DNA of 64,000 bases from an uncultured bacterium (GTDB lineage: Bacteria > Krumholzibacteriota > Krumholzibacteriia > Krumholzibacteriales > Krumholzibacteriaceae). Within the stretch, counting starts at the first letter, position 1, and the number at the start of each line of letters is the position of its first letter. This document shows, one piece after another, positions 46,620-55,727 of this stretch. The notes beneath the pieces are model-generated. The model ran no database searches, was not told where the DNA came from, and saw nothing but the letters and a program-made list of their open reading frames with translations. The position numbers were made by a program, and so were the translations under genes. Location of the stretch: contig CAWFAD010000008.1 of the NCBI GenBank assembly GCA_963813815.1, positions 64,001 through 128,000 on the forward strand, in the 5' to 3' direction.

Positions 46620-47918
46620 TCATTCTCCCCCCGGTCCGCGCTCGACCGGAATATCGATTATAATCGAAGTCCCCTCTTCGCGCGCCGATTTGATTTCGAG
46701 GAAGGCCTGCTCCCCGTAAGCCGCCTTGAGCCGCTCGCGCACGTTGCGGAGTCCGATCCCCTCGCGCGCGTTCTCCCTGAAGCCGAGCCCGTTGTCGCGC
46801 ACGGCGACCGTGAGGCGGCGTCCCTCGCGGGAGGCCTCGACGCGGACGATTCCGCCTCCCACCTTCGGCGAGAGCCCGTGCCGAACCGCGTTCTCGACGA
46901 GCGGCTGGAGCATCATGGAAGGCACCGGCACGTCGAGCGATCGGGGATCGAGGTTCTTCTCGACGCGCAGCTTCTCGGCGCCGAACCGCGCCACCTCGAG
47001 GCTCAGGTAATCGTCGACGAACTCGATCTCGCGGGAGAGCGGCACGAAATCCTCCGAACCGCGGAGCAGCCGCCGGAGGATCCCCGAGAGCTTGACGAGG
47101 ATCCATCGCGCCTTCTCCGGCTCGCTCCAGATGAGCGAGGTCGCCGCGTTCATCGTGTTGAAGAGAAAGTGCGGGTTGATCTGGCTCCGCAAGGCGTCGA
47201 AGCGCGCCTGCATGGCGGCGGAGCGCTGCTCCTCGAGAAGCGCCTCGACCCGCGTGTTGTTCCAGATCTTGAGCGGTATGCCGACGCACGCGATCGTCGT
47301 GAGCCAGATGCAGATCGTCACCCAGAAATGCCCCGGATGAAAGGCGAAGAGCGCGCCGGGATACCGGCGGCTCGCGACGTAGCGAACCGTCTCGAGCCCC
47401 ACGAGCGCGATCGTGATCCACGCGCGCGAGTCGATTCTCCGCTCCCGGGCGAAGATCCGCCAGGAACGCGCGACGTTGTTCAGGATGAGCGGCGAGAAAT
47501 CCCAAAGCTCCTCCCGCCGCTCCGCCCGCGAGCGAATGAGCCCGCCGAGCGACCCGCAGAGGACCGTGAAGGGAAGCGCGAGCCATTCTCCCCGCAGGAG
47601 TGGCGGGAGGCCGACGAAAAATCCCACGAACGCGCCCGGCACCATCCCGCCGACGAGCCCGACGAGCAGGCTGCCCGAGAGGGAGAGATCCATCCCCTCG
47701 TAACCGACGAGCACGCGCACCGACGTTCCCGCCGCGAGCAGCGCGCCGAAGAGGGCGGCGAACTGCCAGTTCTGCTTCGCGCCGCGCCGGTCCAGAAATA
47801 TGAGCCGCTTGAAGAAGCTCGAGGTGATGAGCGCCCCCGCCATGGCCGCCATGATGCCGAGCTTGAGCAGCAGAACGAAGAGTATGAAGTTGTCGCCCGC
47901 CAGCGTGATGTGGGTCAC
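46620..47918 (-). CDS. LytS/YehU-type sensor histidine kinase
   Basis: Multi-TM N-terminus; LRSQINPHFLFNTMN; LQPLVENAVRHG; GIGLRNV.ERL; GTGA coupling to the upstream gene. Confidence 0.92.
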   Translation of the reverse strand: MTHITLAGDNFILFVLLLKLGIMAAMAGALITSSFFKRLIFLDRRGAKQNWQFAALFGALLAAGTSVRVLVGYEGMDLSLSGSLLVGLVGGMVPGAFVGFFVGLPPLLRGEWLALPFTVLCGSLGGLIRSRAERREELWDFSPLILNNVARSWRIFARERRIDSRAWITIALVGLETVRYVASRRYPGALFAFHPGHFWVTICIWLTTIACVGIPLKIWNNTRVEALLEEQRSAAMQARFDALRSQINPHFLFNTMNAATSLIWSEPEKARWILVKLSGILRRLLRGSEDFVPLSREIEFVDDYLSLEVARFGAEKLRVEKNLDPRSLDVPVPSMMLQPLVENAVRHGLSPKVGGGIVRVEASREGRRLTVAVRDNGLGFRENAREGIGLRNVRERLKAAYGEQAFLEIKSAREEGTSIIIDIPVERGPGGE

Positions 47919-48493
47919 CGCCGAGCCTCCCGCGCCCGCGGCGGCGGGACTCCCTGCCGCTGGGCCGCCTTGTACAGGGCGCGAACCGCCGCGAGATCGT
48001 CCCCGTAGGTTCCCGCCCCGAAGTCGGGGAACGTCCACACGAGGGGCCGAAACGCCCCCTCGTGGAACATGAGCACGGGGTCGGCGTAGACCCCCTCGCC
48101 GAGGTATATCTTCTGCGGCCCATCCTTGAACGAGGCGAGCACCACCTTGAAAAAATCCAGGTAGCCGACGTCGACGTTGACGCGCCGGTTGCCGCCCTCG
48201 GCGAGCAGCCCCTCGACGCGGGCGGAGGCGAGCTTGGCCTCGACGAGGCCGGCCGCGCTCGCGAGCGGCTCGAACGAGACGATCGTCCGGTGGAGATCCG
48301 GTCCCATCTCCCCGCTATAGTAATCGGTCACGGTGAAAGGATGCGCCTCTCCCCGAAAATCGATCCGCCCGAACCGCTCCTCGAGCGGCGGAAAGAGGCT
48401 CCGCTCGAGATCGAAGCCGCGCGGCGCGAGCAGGGCCGCGAGATATTTGACGGACGCCGCCTCGCGGGGCCGGCCCGCCTTTGGATGAGCCAT
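47915..48493 (-). CDS. DUF4416 family protein
   Basis: F..TDYY..EMG..L.R, R.VN.D.GY, VLAS.K, IYLGEGVYAD, WTFPD. Confidence 0.8.
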   Translation of the reverse strand: MAHPKAGRPREAASVKYLAALLAPRGFDLERSLFPPLEERFGRIDFRGEAHPFTVTDYYSGEMGPDLHRTIVSFEPLASAAGLVEAKLASARVEGLLAEGGNRRVNVDVGYLDFFKVVLASFKDGPQKIYLGEGVYADPVLMFHEGAFRPLVWTFPDFGAGTYGDDLAAVRALYKAAQRQGVPPPRAREARR

Positions 48494-48535
48494 GCCGCAC
48501 CTCGATCGTGCCCGCGCCGGACGCCGGGCGCGCCC

Positions 48536-49462
48536 TTACCCCGTGACGATCTTGAGACCCTTTGCGCCGCTTCTGCGCCAGGAGCTCCTCAGCCGCTCGA
48601 TATGCTCCCTCGCCTCGGCCGTCACGCCGGGCGGGATGCCGAAGTCGGCGGCGATCCGCGCCTCGAAGTCGCCCCTGATGTTTTCGTTCGCCTTTCCCTC
48701 GCGACCGCGCTTTCGCAGATGGTGATTCTTGACGTAGAGGTGCCCCTCGGGCGTGAGACGCGTCAGCAGCAGATTGTTCATCATCGGAAGAGCGAACGAG
48801 TCCTGCCAGTGCTTCATGAAATCGGCGTGCGAAACGCCCGCCGTTCGAACGGTGTACCGCCATTTGCGCTCGCCGCCCCTCGCGGCGACGGACGGGGAGC
48901 GCTCGCTCCTTCCGATGCCGGAGAGCTCGTCCCACCCGCCCTCGAGGGTGAACAGATCGTAGCTGTCGCCCCGGCGCGGCCGAAGCTCGACCGTGCCGAA
49001 GGTCGTCGCGACCCGCACGGGGACTCCCGCGAGCTCGACGGGCTCGCCGACGAGGTACCCCGGATCGACGAGGTAGCGCTTTCCCGCCGTCTCGACCACG
49101 AGCGCGCAGTGGATGTTCGGACGCTTCATGTCGGCCATGACGGGGAAGCAGCGGAACCCCGCGTTCGAGAGGATCGAGCCGAGGCAGTAGGTCAGCGAAA
49201 AGCACGTCCCGCCCGTCTGCCGCTCGATGAATCCCGAGACGACCTCGACCGGACCGCGAAGCCGCTCCTCCGGTGAACGCGCCGTGAACTTCTTGATGAT
49301 CTTCGTCAGGTTTTCGTACGGGAGATTCGAATATGCCGCGATCACGCGCCGCAGCAGCGCGAGGTCCGCGCCGCCGGACGGGATGCCGAAATGGCCCGCA
49401 AAGAGCTCCCGGGCCTCGCGGGCGCTCGAACTCAGCGGATCGTTCCATATCTCGAAGCTCAT
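48536..49462 (-). CDS. Arylamine N-acetyltransferase family protein
   Basis: PYENL; GGTCF, IHCAL and LVDPG Cys-His-Asp triad. Confidence 0.85.
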   Translation of the reverse strand: MSFEIWNDPLSSSAREARELFAGHFGIPSGGADLALLRRVIAAYSNLPYENLTKIIKKFTARSPEERLRGPVEVVSGFIERQTGGTCFSLTYCLGSILSNAGFRCFPVMADMKRPNIHCALVVETAGKRYLVDPGYLVGEPVELAGVPVRVATTFGTVELRPRRGDSYDLFTLEGGWDELSGIGRSERSPSVAARGGERKWRYTVRTAGVSHADFMKHWQDSFALPMMNNLLLTRLTPEGHLYVKNHHLRKRGREGKANENIRGDFEARIAADFGIPPGVTAEAREHIERLRSSWRRSGAKGLKIVTG

Positions 49463-49557
49463 GCGGCGCTCTCCCGTACGTTTCCTGTTTGCCGGGAAAA
49501 TATCATACCATATACTGGCCCCGCGCGATAACGGACGAATGCGCCGCGGGAGATCGA

Positions 49558-50649
49558 ATGGAAGAGGTCCTTCAAACGCTTCGCGTCTCGTCGCCGGGGC
49601 GGCTCTGCCTCTTCGGCGAGCACCAGGATTATCTCGGACTTCCCGTCGTCCCGCTCGCGATCTCGCTGCGCGTCTCCGTCGAAGGCAAACGTCGCGCCGA
49701 CCGGCTCGTCAGGGTCGATCTTCCGGACGTCGCCTCCTCAATCGAGTTCTCCCTCGAGGGGCCGCTCCGCTACGCGGGCCCGGCGGATTACCTGCGGGGC
49801 GCCGTCAACGTTCTGCGGCGCGAGGGGTTCTCCTTTCCCTCCGGTTTCGACTGCTCGGTGCGAGGCGGGATACCTATCGCGGCCGGCGCGTCGAGCTCCT
49901 CGGCGATGATCGTGAGCTGGATCGTCTTTCTCGCGCGCATGAGCGGCGAGCGGCGGACCCTTTCGCCCGCCGAGGCGGCCCGCCTCGCCCACGCCGCCGA
50001 GGTGCTCGAGTTCGATGGGGCGGGAGGCATGATGGACCATTGCGCCTCCTCCTTCGGCGGGGCCTCGGAGATCTCGTTTCATCCGGCGCTCTCCGTCGCG
50101 CCCCTCGACGCGCCGCGGGGAACCTTCGTCCTCGGCGATTCGCGCGAGCCCAAAGACACGCAGGCCGTGCTGTCGCGCGTGAGAAACGCCGTCGTCGACG
50201 TCGCGCGGCGCGTCTCGGCGAGGCATCCGGACTTCTCGCTCCGCGAGGCGCGATTCGAGGAGCACGGCCGCTACGCGGCGGGGCTCGCAGCCCCGGAGCT
50301 CGACCTTCTCGGCGCGACGCTCCTCAACCGCGACATCACGCGCAGGGGGGCGGCGCTCCTCCGGGAGGGCCGCTTCGACGACCGCGCCTTCGGCGCGATG
50401 CTCGACGAGCAACAGATACTGCTCCGCGAGGTGCTCGCGATATCGACCCCCAAAATCGATCGCATGCTCGATGCGGCGTTGCGGGCCGGGGCGCTCGGCG
50501 GTAAGATAAATGGCTCGGGCGGAGGCGGCTCTATGTTCGCCTACGCGCCGTCGAACGCGCCGGCCGTCACCGAGGCGATCGAGAGGGCCGGCGGCGTCGC
50601 GCACGTCGTGCGCGCCGACGAGGGCGTTCGAATCGAACGGGAAGGCTGA
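49558..50649 (+). CDS. GHMP family sugar kinase (galactokinase-like)
   Basis: PGRLCLFGEHQDY, PIAAGASSSSA, GGMMD, KINGSGGGGS. Confidence 0.88.
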   Translation: MEEVLQTLRVSSPGRLCLFGEHQDYLGLPVVPLAISLRVSVEGKRRADRLVRVDLPDVASSIEFSLEGPLRYAGPADYLRGAVNVLRREGFSFPSGFDCSVRGGIPIAAGASSSSAMIVSWIVFLARMSGERRTLSPAEAARLAHAAEVLEFDGAGGMMDHCASSFGGASEISFHPALSVAPLDAPRGTFVLGDSREPKDTQAVLSRVRNAVVDVARRVSARHPDFSLREARFEEHGRYAAGLAAPELDLLGATLLNRDITRRGAALLREGRFDDRAFGAMLDEQQILLREVLAISTPKIDRMLDAALRAGALGGKINGSGGGGSMFAYAPSNAPAVTEAIERAGGVAHVVRADEGVRIEREG

Positions 50650-50689
50650 TCGAGGCTGCGCCGAAGCGGCGCGCCGCGGAGGAAATCGA

Positions 50690-51547
50690 ATGGCGGACGC
50701 GAACATCGTGATACTCGCGGGGGGGGTCTCCTCGCGCATGAAAAAGGCCCTCGCCGAGGCGGCGAATCTCGACTCATCCCTCCGGCGGGACGCCGCGGAG
50801 AAGCCAAAGGCCATGATCGGCGTGGGAGGCTCCGGGCGCCCCTTCATGGACTATCTGCTCGACAACGTGGCGGCGGCGGGCTACCGCGACGTCTGCATCG
50901 TCGTCGGCGAGCGCGACGGCTCGATCCGGGAATATTACGAGAATCCGGCCAACGCGGGGCGGTACGCGGGCCTCGCGATCCGGTACGCGACGCAGCCCAT
51001 CCCAGAGGGACGCGCGAAACCCCTCGGCACGGCGGACGCGGTGCACCGCGCGCTCGCCGCGAGCCCCTCGTGGCGGGGGCAGCGCCTCTCCGTCTGCAAC
51101 AGCGACAACCTCTATTCCGTCGAAGCGCTTCGGGCGCTGCTCGAGGACGGGCATCCGAACGCCCTCATCGACTACGACCGCTCGGCCCTGCGCTTTTCCG
51201 CCGAGCGGATCGCGGCCTTCGCCGTCATCAAGAAGGACGCGGAGGGATTTCTCGTCGACATTCTCGAAAAGCCTTCGCCGGAGGAGATCAACGCGGCGGC
51301 GGATGCGCGCGGCAGGATCGGCGTCAGCATGAACATGTTCCGCTTCTCGTACGACCTGCTCCTGCCGTGCGTCGAGCGCGTGCCGCTCCATCCCGTCCGC
51401 CAGGAAAAGGAGCTCCCCGAAGCGGTGAGGATGATGATCGCCGGCCGTCCGCGATCGATGTTCACGATCCCCGTCTCCGAGCACGTTCCCGATCTCACCT
51501 CCCCGGCCGACATCATGCGGGTCAAAGGGGAGATCGAGGGGCAATAG
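50690..51547 (+). CDS. Sugar-phosphate nucleotidyltransferase
   Basis: ILAGGVSSRM, PKAMI, KPLGTADAV, NSDNLY, EKP. Confidence 0.88.
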   Translation: MADANIVILAGGVSSRMKKALAEAANLDSSLRRDAAEKPKAMIGVGGSGRPFMDYLLDNVAAAGYRDVCIVVGERDGSIREYYENPANAGRYAGLAIRYATQPIPEGRAKPLGTADAVHRALAASPSWRGQRLSVCNSDNLYSVEALRALLEDGHPNALIDYDRSALRFSAERIAAFAVIKKDAEGFLVDILEKPSPEEINAAADARGRIGVSMNMFRFSYDLLLPCVERVPLHPVRQEKELPEAVRMMIAGRPRSMFTIPVSEHVPDLTSPADIMRVKGEIEGQ

Positions 51548-51565
51548 AAAATTTGGTTATTTTTC

Positions 51566-51594
51566 TTGACCCGAAACTCCATGCGTGATAGCTT
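51566..51594 (+). promoter_or_regulatory. sigma70 promoter of the radical SAM gene
   Basis: TTGACC-17 bp-TAGCTT with a TG extension, in an AT-rich spacer. Confidence 0.5.
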
Positions 51595-51697
51595 AAGCCA
51601 TCGGCAAATAGCTGATGGCAATAGGAGTTGGGCTTACCTTGAAGAATTATTTCCAAATAAATAATCACTCCGAGGTAACTAATTGAAAGAGCCTTGA

Positions 51698-53059
51698 ATG
51701 AAAATATTACTCGTCAACCCGCCCGTCGGCTTCGGGTACTACAGCATGGGCCTCAGCCGGCCGCCCCTCGGCCTCGCCTACCTCGCCGCCCTTCTCACTG
51801 ATAAGCACCACGTCGAGATTGTCGATTTCAACATCGAATCGAAGAGCTGGAAGCGATATCCCTTCGAGGGATTCGACGTCGTCGGCATCTCCGCCGACAC
51901 GGCGCGGTACACCGTCGCCATGAAGATCGCCAGGCGCGCCAAGACCGCCGGCGCCACGACCGTCATGGGAGGACCCCACGTGAGCTTCTTCGACGAGGAC
52001 GCCCTGCGGAGCCTCTCCGTCGATTACATCATTCGGAACGAGGGCGAATACTCGTTCCTCTCGCTCGTGAGACATCTCATGGGAGAGATTCCGCTGGAGG
52101 AGGTCGCGGGCCTCTCCTGCCTCTCCGGCGACGGCATTCTCCGAACGCCGCCGGCCCCGTTCATCACCGACCTCGACTCGCTCCCCATGCCGGCGCGCGA
52201 GCTTCTGCCGCTTCGCCGCTACAAGGAAAAGATCGACGGGCGTCCCATGACCACGATGATCACCTCCCGCGGCTGCCCCTTCAACTGCAACTTCTGCTCC
52301 TCATCGCAGTTCTCCGGCGTCCGCTGGCGCCCCCGCTCGGTCGACGGGATCATGGCCGAGATCGATCTCATCTACCGGAAACACAACTACCGCGCGATCA
52401 ACTTCATCGACGACAACTTCACGCTCAATCCGAAGCGGGCGATGGAGATATCCGAGAGGATCATCGCGGGCGGATACGACCTCCACTGGGAGGCGATGTC
52501 GCACGTCGAGACGGTCGTGAAGCACCCCGAAATGGTCGAGACGATGGCCCGCTCGGGGCTCCGGTGGATGTTCCTCGGCTTCGAGAGCGGAAGCCAGGAG
52601 ATACTGAACGAGTACGGAAAGAAATCGAGCCTCGAGGACGCGCGGCGCGCGGTCGACATTCTCCACGCGAACGGCGTGAAGATCATCGGCGCCTTCATCC
52701 TCGGCGCGCTCGGCGACAGCGACCGGACGATGCGCGAGACGATCGAGCTCGCCAAGTCGCTCAATCCGAGCAGGGCGCAGTTCTCGCTGCTCACGCCCTA
52801 CCCCGGCACGAAGCTCTTCGAGCGGGTCAAGGGAAAGCTCCTCACGAGCAACTGGGAGATGTACTCGGGTCTCCACCCGACGATCAGACTCGACAAGATC
52901 ACGCCGCAGAGACTCAACCGGTTTCTCTTCAAGGCGTACGCGGGCTTCTACCTGCGCCCGCCGAAGGCGATCGAAAACTTCCAGTACATTTACCGGACGC
53001 TGCCGAGCGCCATCACGCTCATCGCGACGAATCTCTTCTCGCGAGGCTACCGGGTCTGA
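51698..53059 (+). CDS. B12-binding domain radical SAM protein (class B methyltransferase-like)
   Basis: PPLGLAYLAA, GGPHVS, SRGCPFNCNFC (CxxxCxxC), DDNF, GFESGS, TPYPGT. Confidence 0.92.
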   Translation: MKILLVNPPVGFGYYSMGLSRPPLGLAYLAALLTDKHHVEIVDFNIESKSWKRYPFEGFDVVGISADTARYTVAMKIARRAKTAGATTVMGGPHVSFFDEDALRSLSVDYIIRNEGEYSFLSLVRHLMGEIPLEEVAGLSCLSGDGILRTPPAPFITDLDSLPMPARELLPLRRYKEKIDGRPMTTMITSRGCPFNCNFCSSSQFSGVRWRPRSVDGIMAEIDLIYRKHNYRAINFIDDNFTLNPKRAMEISERIIAGGYDLHWEAMSHVETVVKHPEMVETMARSGLRWMFLGFESGSQEILNEYGKKSSLEDARRAVDILHANGVKIIGAFILGALGDSDRTMRETIELAKSLNPSRAQFSLLTPYPGTKLFERVKGKLLTSNWEMYSGLHPTIRLDKITPQRLNRFLFKAYAGFYLRPPKAIENFQYIYRTLPSAITLIATNLFSRGYRV

Positions 53060-53225
53060 GCCGGCCGCGTAACGTCTCTTCGCGCATCGAGTTTCGGGCG
53101 TTGACACGCCCGCCTCATTTGCTATAGACTAAACATTCAGTTATTCTGGAAATTCACGGCTTCAGGCCGTCTCGACTTCTGTGAAATCCGGGGTCCCTCA
53201 ATTCAACGCGGGAGGATCGGCGAGC

Positions 53226-55604
53226 ATGGCGCAGGAATCGGTCACCATGAAGAAGCTCGATTTCGGACCGCGGCGCGGCGTGTACATCGACATCGCGCCC
53301 GAGATCGGCAAATTCGACATTCCCGAGCTGACGATCAAGATGTACGAGGATTACGATCTCGTCTACCGCACGCTCTGCGGAATCCTCTACAACTTCGTTC
53401 CGACGTCGGGCCATCCGGGCGGGAGCATCTCCTCGGGACGCCACGTCGCCGCCGTGCTCTTTCACGCGCTCGACTACGACATCGGCGACCCCGAACGGGC
53501 CGACGCGGATCTCTTTTCGTATGCCGCCGGGCACAAGGCCATGGGGCTCTACGCCATGTGGGCGCTCCGGAACGAGGTCGCGCGAATCGGCCGTCCGGCG
53601 CTCCTCCCGAAGAGCGCCAAGATGCAGCTCCGCATCGAGGATCTCCTCGGCTTCCGCCGCAACCCGACGCAGGAGACACCGCTCTTCGCGAAATTCAAGG
53701 CGAAGCCCCTCGACGGGCACCCGACCCCCGCGACCCCCTTCGTCAAGCTTTCGACCGGCGCCTCCGGCGTGGGCGTTCCCGCGAGCTTCGGGCTCGCGTT
53801 CGGCGCACTCGACACCTACGGCGCCCGCGCGCCGCTCGTCCAGATCACCGAGGGAGAGGGCGGCATGACCCCGGGGCGCGTCGCCGAGGCGTTCGCGACG
53901 GCCTCCGCGGCGCAGATGTGGAACGTCAAGCTCCACATCGACTGGAACCAGGCGTCGATCGACTCGAACAAGGTCTGCCGCGAGGGAGACAAGCCGGGCG
54001 ATTACGTGCAATGGGATCCGGTCGAGTTCGCGTATCTCCACGACTGGAACGTCATATTCGCGGCGAAGGGGCACGACTTCCGGCACGTTCTCGCGGCCGT
54101 CGCCGTCGCCAAGGAGCGCCTGAACGACCAGCCCACGGCGATCGTGTATCGCACGACGAAGGGCTGGCAGTACGGGATCGAGGGGCGCAAATCGCACGGA
54201 GCCGGCCACAAGTTCTGCTCCCCCGAGTACTACAAGACGCTCGAGCCATTTGAAAAGCGCTTCGGCGCCGCCTTCCCGCGCTTCGCGGGCAAGCCGGAAG
54301 CGGTGGCGGTCGAGAAGAACTTCTGGGAGACCCTCCTCGTCGTGAGGGACGCCCTCGAAAAAAATCGCGAGATCGCGGAGTTCTTCGGCGGCCGCCTCGA
54401 GGACGCGAAGAAGCGCCTCGATGACGCCCGGCGCGCGAAACGCGAGGGTTGCCCGAACCTCGGCGCCGTGTATGGAGCGAAGGTCAAGAGCGAGGTCGTC
54501 CCGAGCGAGTGCACGTACCAGATCGGATCGCAGGTGACGCTCCGCGGTGCGCTCGGCGACGCCCTGAACTATCTCAACAAGGTCTCGGACGGCGCCTTCA
54601 TCGGAGCGTCGGCCGATCTGCTCGATTCGACGAGCATATCGAACCTCGCCAAGGGATTTCCCGAGGGGCTCTGGAACGCAATCGCGAATCCCAAGGCGCG
54701 CCTCGTCGCGACGGGAGGCATCTGCGAGGACTGCATGGGGGCGTTTATGGCCGGGATGTCCGCGTACGGAACGAACGTCGGAGCGGGCTCTTCCTACGGC
54801 GCCTTCATCGCGGCCCTCGAGCACATCGCCGCCCGGCTCCACGGCATCGGCCAGCAGGCGCGCCACGAGCTCCTCGGCGTTCCGTACAATCCGTTCTTCA
54901 TCGTCTGCGGCCACGCGGGGCTCAAGACCGGCGAGGACGGACCGACGCACGCCGATCCACAGCCGCTGCAGCTCCTCCAGGAGAACTTCCCGGCGGGAAT
55001 CATGATCACGCTCACCCCGTGGGATCCGCAGGAGCTCTACCCGGTGACGGTCGAGGCCCTGAAAAAGCGCCCGGCCGTGATCGCCCCCTTCGTCACCCGC
55101 CCGAACGAGCAGGTTCCGGATAGGGCCAAGCTCCGGCTCCCGCCCGCGACGGCCGCGGTCAAGGGAGTCTATGCGCTCCGCAAGGCCGTGAAGTCGGCGA
55201 AGAAACCCTACCACGGCACGCTCGTTCTTCAGGGAAGCGGGACGACGTGCGCGTTCATCGCCGAGGTGCTCCCGAAGATCGACGAAGCCCATCTCAACAT
55301 GAACATCTTCTACGTTGCGAGCGCCGAGCTCTTCTCGATGCTTCCCGCCGCCGAGCAGGAGCGGATCTATCCGGCGAGATTCGCCTCCGAGGCGATGGGC
55401 ATCACCGGATTCACGCTCCCGACGATGTATCGGTGGGTCACCTCGAAGGAGGGGCGCGCCCGCACGCTGCACGCGTTCGGCAAGGGCCACTTCCTCGGAA
55501 GCGGCCAGGCGCACAAGGTGCTCGAGGAGGCGGGGCTCGACGGCGCCGGACAGTGGGAGGCGGTGCGGTCCTACGCGAGGGCTGCCGCCCGGAAGGCGAA
55601 GTAG
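53226..55604 (+). CDS. Transketolase-like ThDP enzyme (atypical)
   Basis: SGHPGGSIS, AGH, LDGHP, GEGG...DWN, SADL..ST, GICE, GEDGPTH; SD GGAGGA; TTGACA promoter at 53101. Confidence 0.85.
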   Translation: MAQESVTMKKLDFGPRRGVYIDIAPEIGKFDIPELTIKMYEDYDLVYRTLCGILYNFVPTSGHPGGSISSGRHVAAVLFHALDYDIGDPERADADLFSYAAGHKAMGLYAMWALRNEVARIGRPALLPKSAKMQLRIEDLLGFRRNPTQETPLFAKFKAKPLDGHPTPATPFVKLSTGASGVGVPASFGLAFGALDTYGARAPLVQITEGEGGMTPGRVAEAFATASAAQMWNVKLHIDWNQASIDSNKVCREGDKPGDYVQWDPVEFAYLHDWNVIFAAKGHDFRHVLAAVAVAKERLNDQPTAIVYRTTKGWQYGIEGRKSHGAGHKFCSPEYYKTLEPFEKRFGAAFPRFAGKPEAVAVEKNFWETLLVVRDALEKNREIAEFFGGRLEDAKKRLDDARRAKREGCPNLGAVYGAKVKSEVVPSECTYQIGSQVTLRGALGDALNYLNKVSDGAFIGASADLLDSTSISNLAKGFPEGLWNAIANPKARLVATGGICEDCMGAFMAGMSAYGTNVGAGSSYGAFIAALEHIAARLHGIGQQARHELLGVPYNPFFIVCGHAGLKTGEDGPTHADPQPLQLLQENFPAGIMITLTPWDPQELYPVTVEALKKRPAVIAPFVTRPNEQVPDRAKLRLPPATAAVKGVYALRKAVKSAKKPYHGTLVLQGSGTTCAFIAEVLPKIDEAHLNMNIFYVASAELFSMLPAAEQERIYPARFASEAMGITGFTLPTMYRWVTSKEGRARTLHAFGKGHFLGSGQAHKVLEEAGLDGAGQWEAVRSYARAAARKAK

Positions 55605-55667
55605 CGGGGCCGAACGCTCCCCCGGGAAGCGCCGCGCCCCCGGCGGACGCCGCCCGGCCGCGCGAGA

Positions 55668-55706
55668 GAAAAAAAGAGGCTGCCGGTTTCGCCGGCAGCC
55701 TCTTTC
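55668..55706. terminator. Bidirectional rho-independent terminator
   Basis: AAAAAAAGAGGCTGCCGG-TTTCG-CCGGCAGCCTCTTT between convergent genes. Confidence 0.88.
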
Positions 55707-55727
55707 ATGTTTCCCGTAGAAGGGGCG

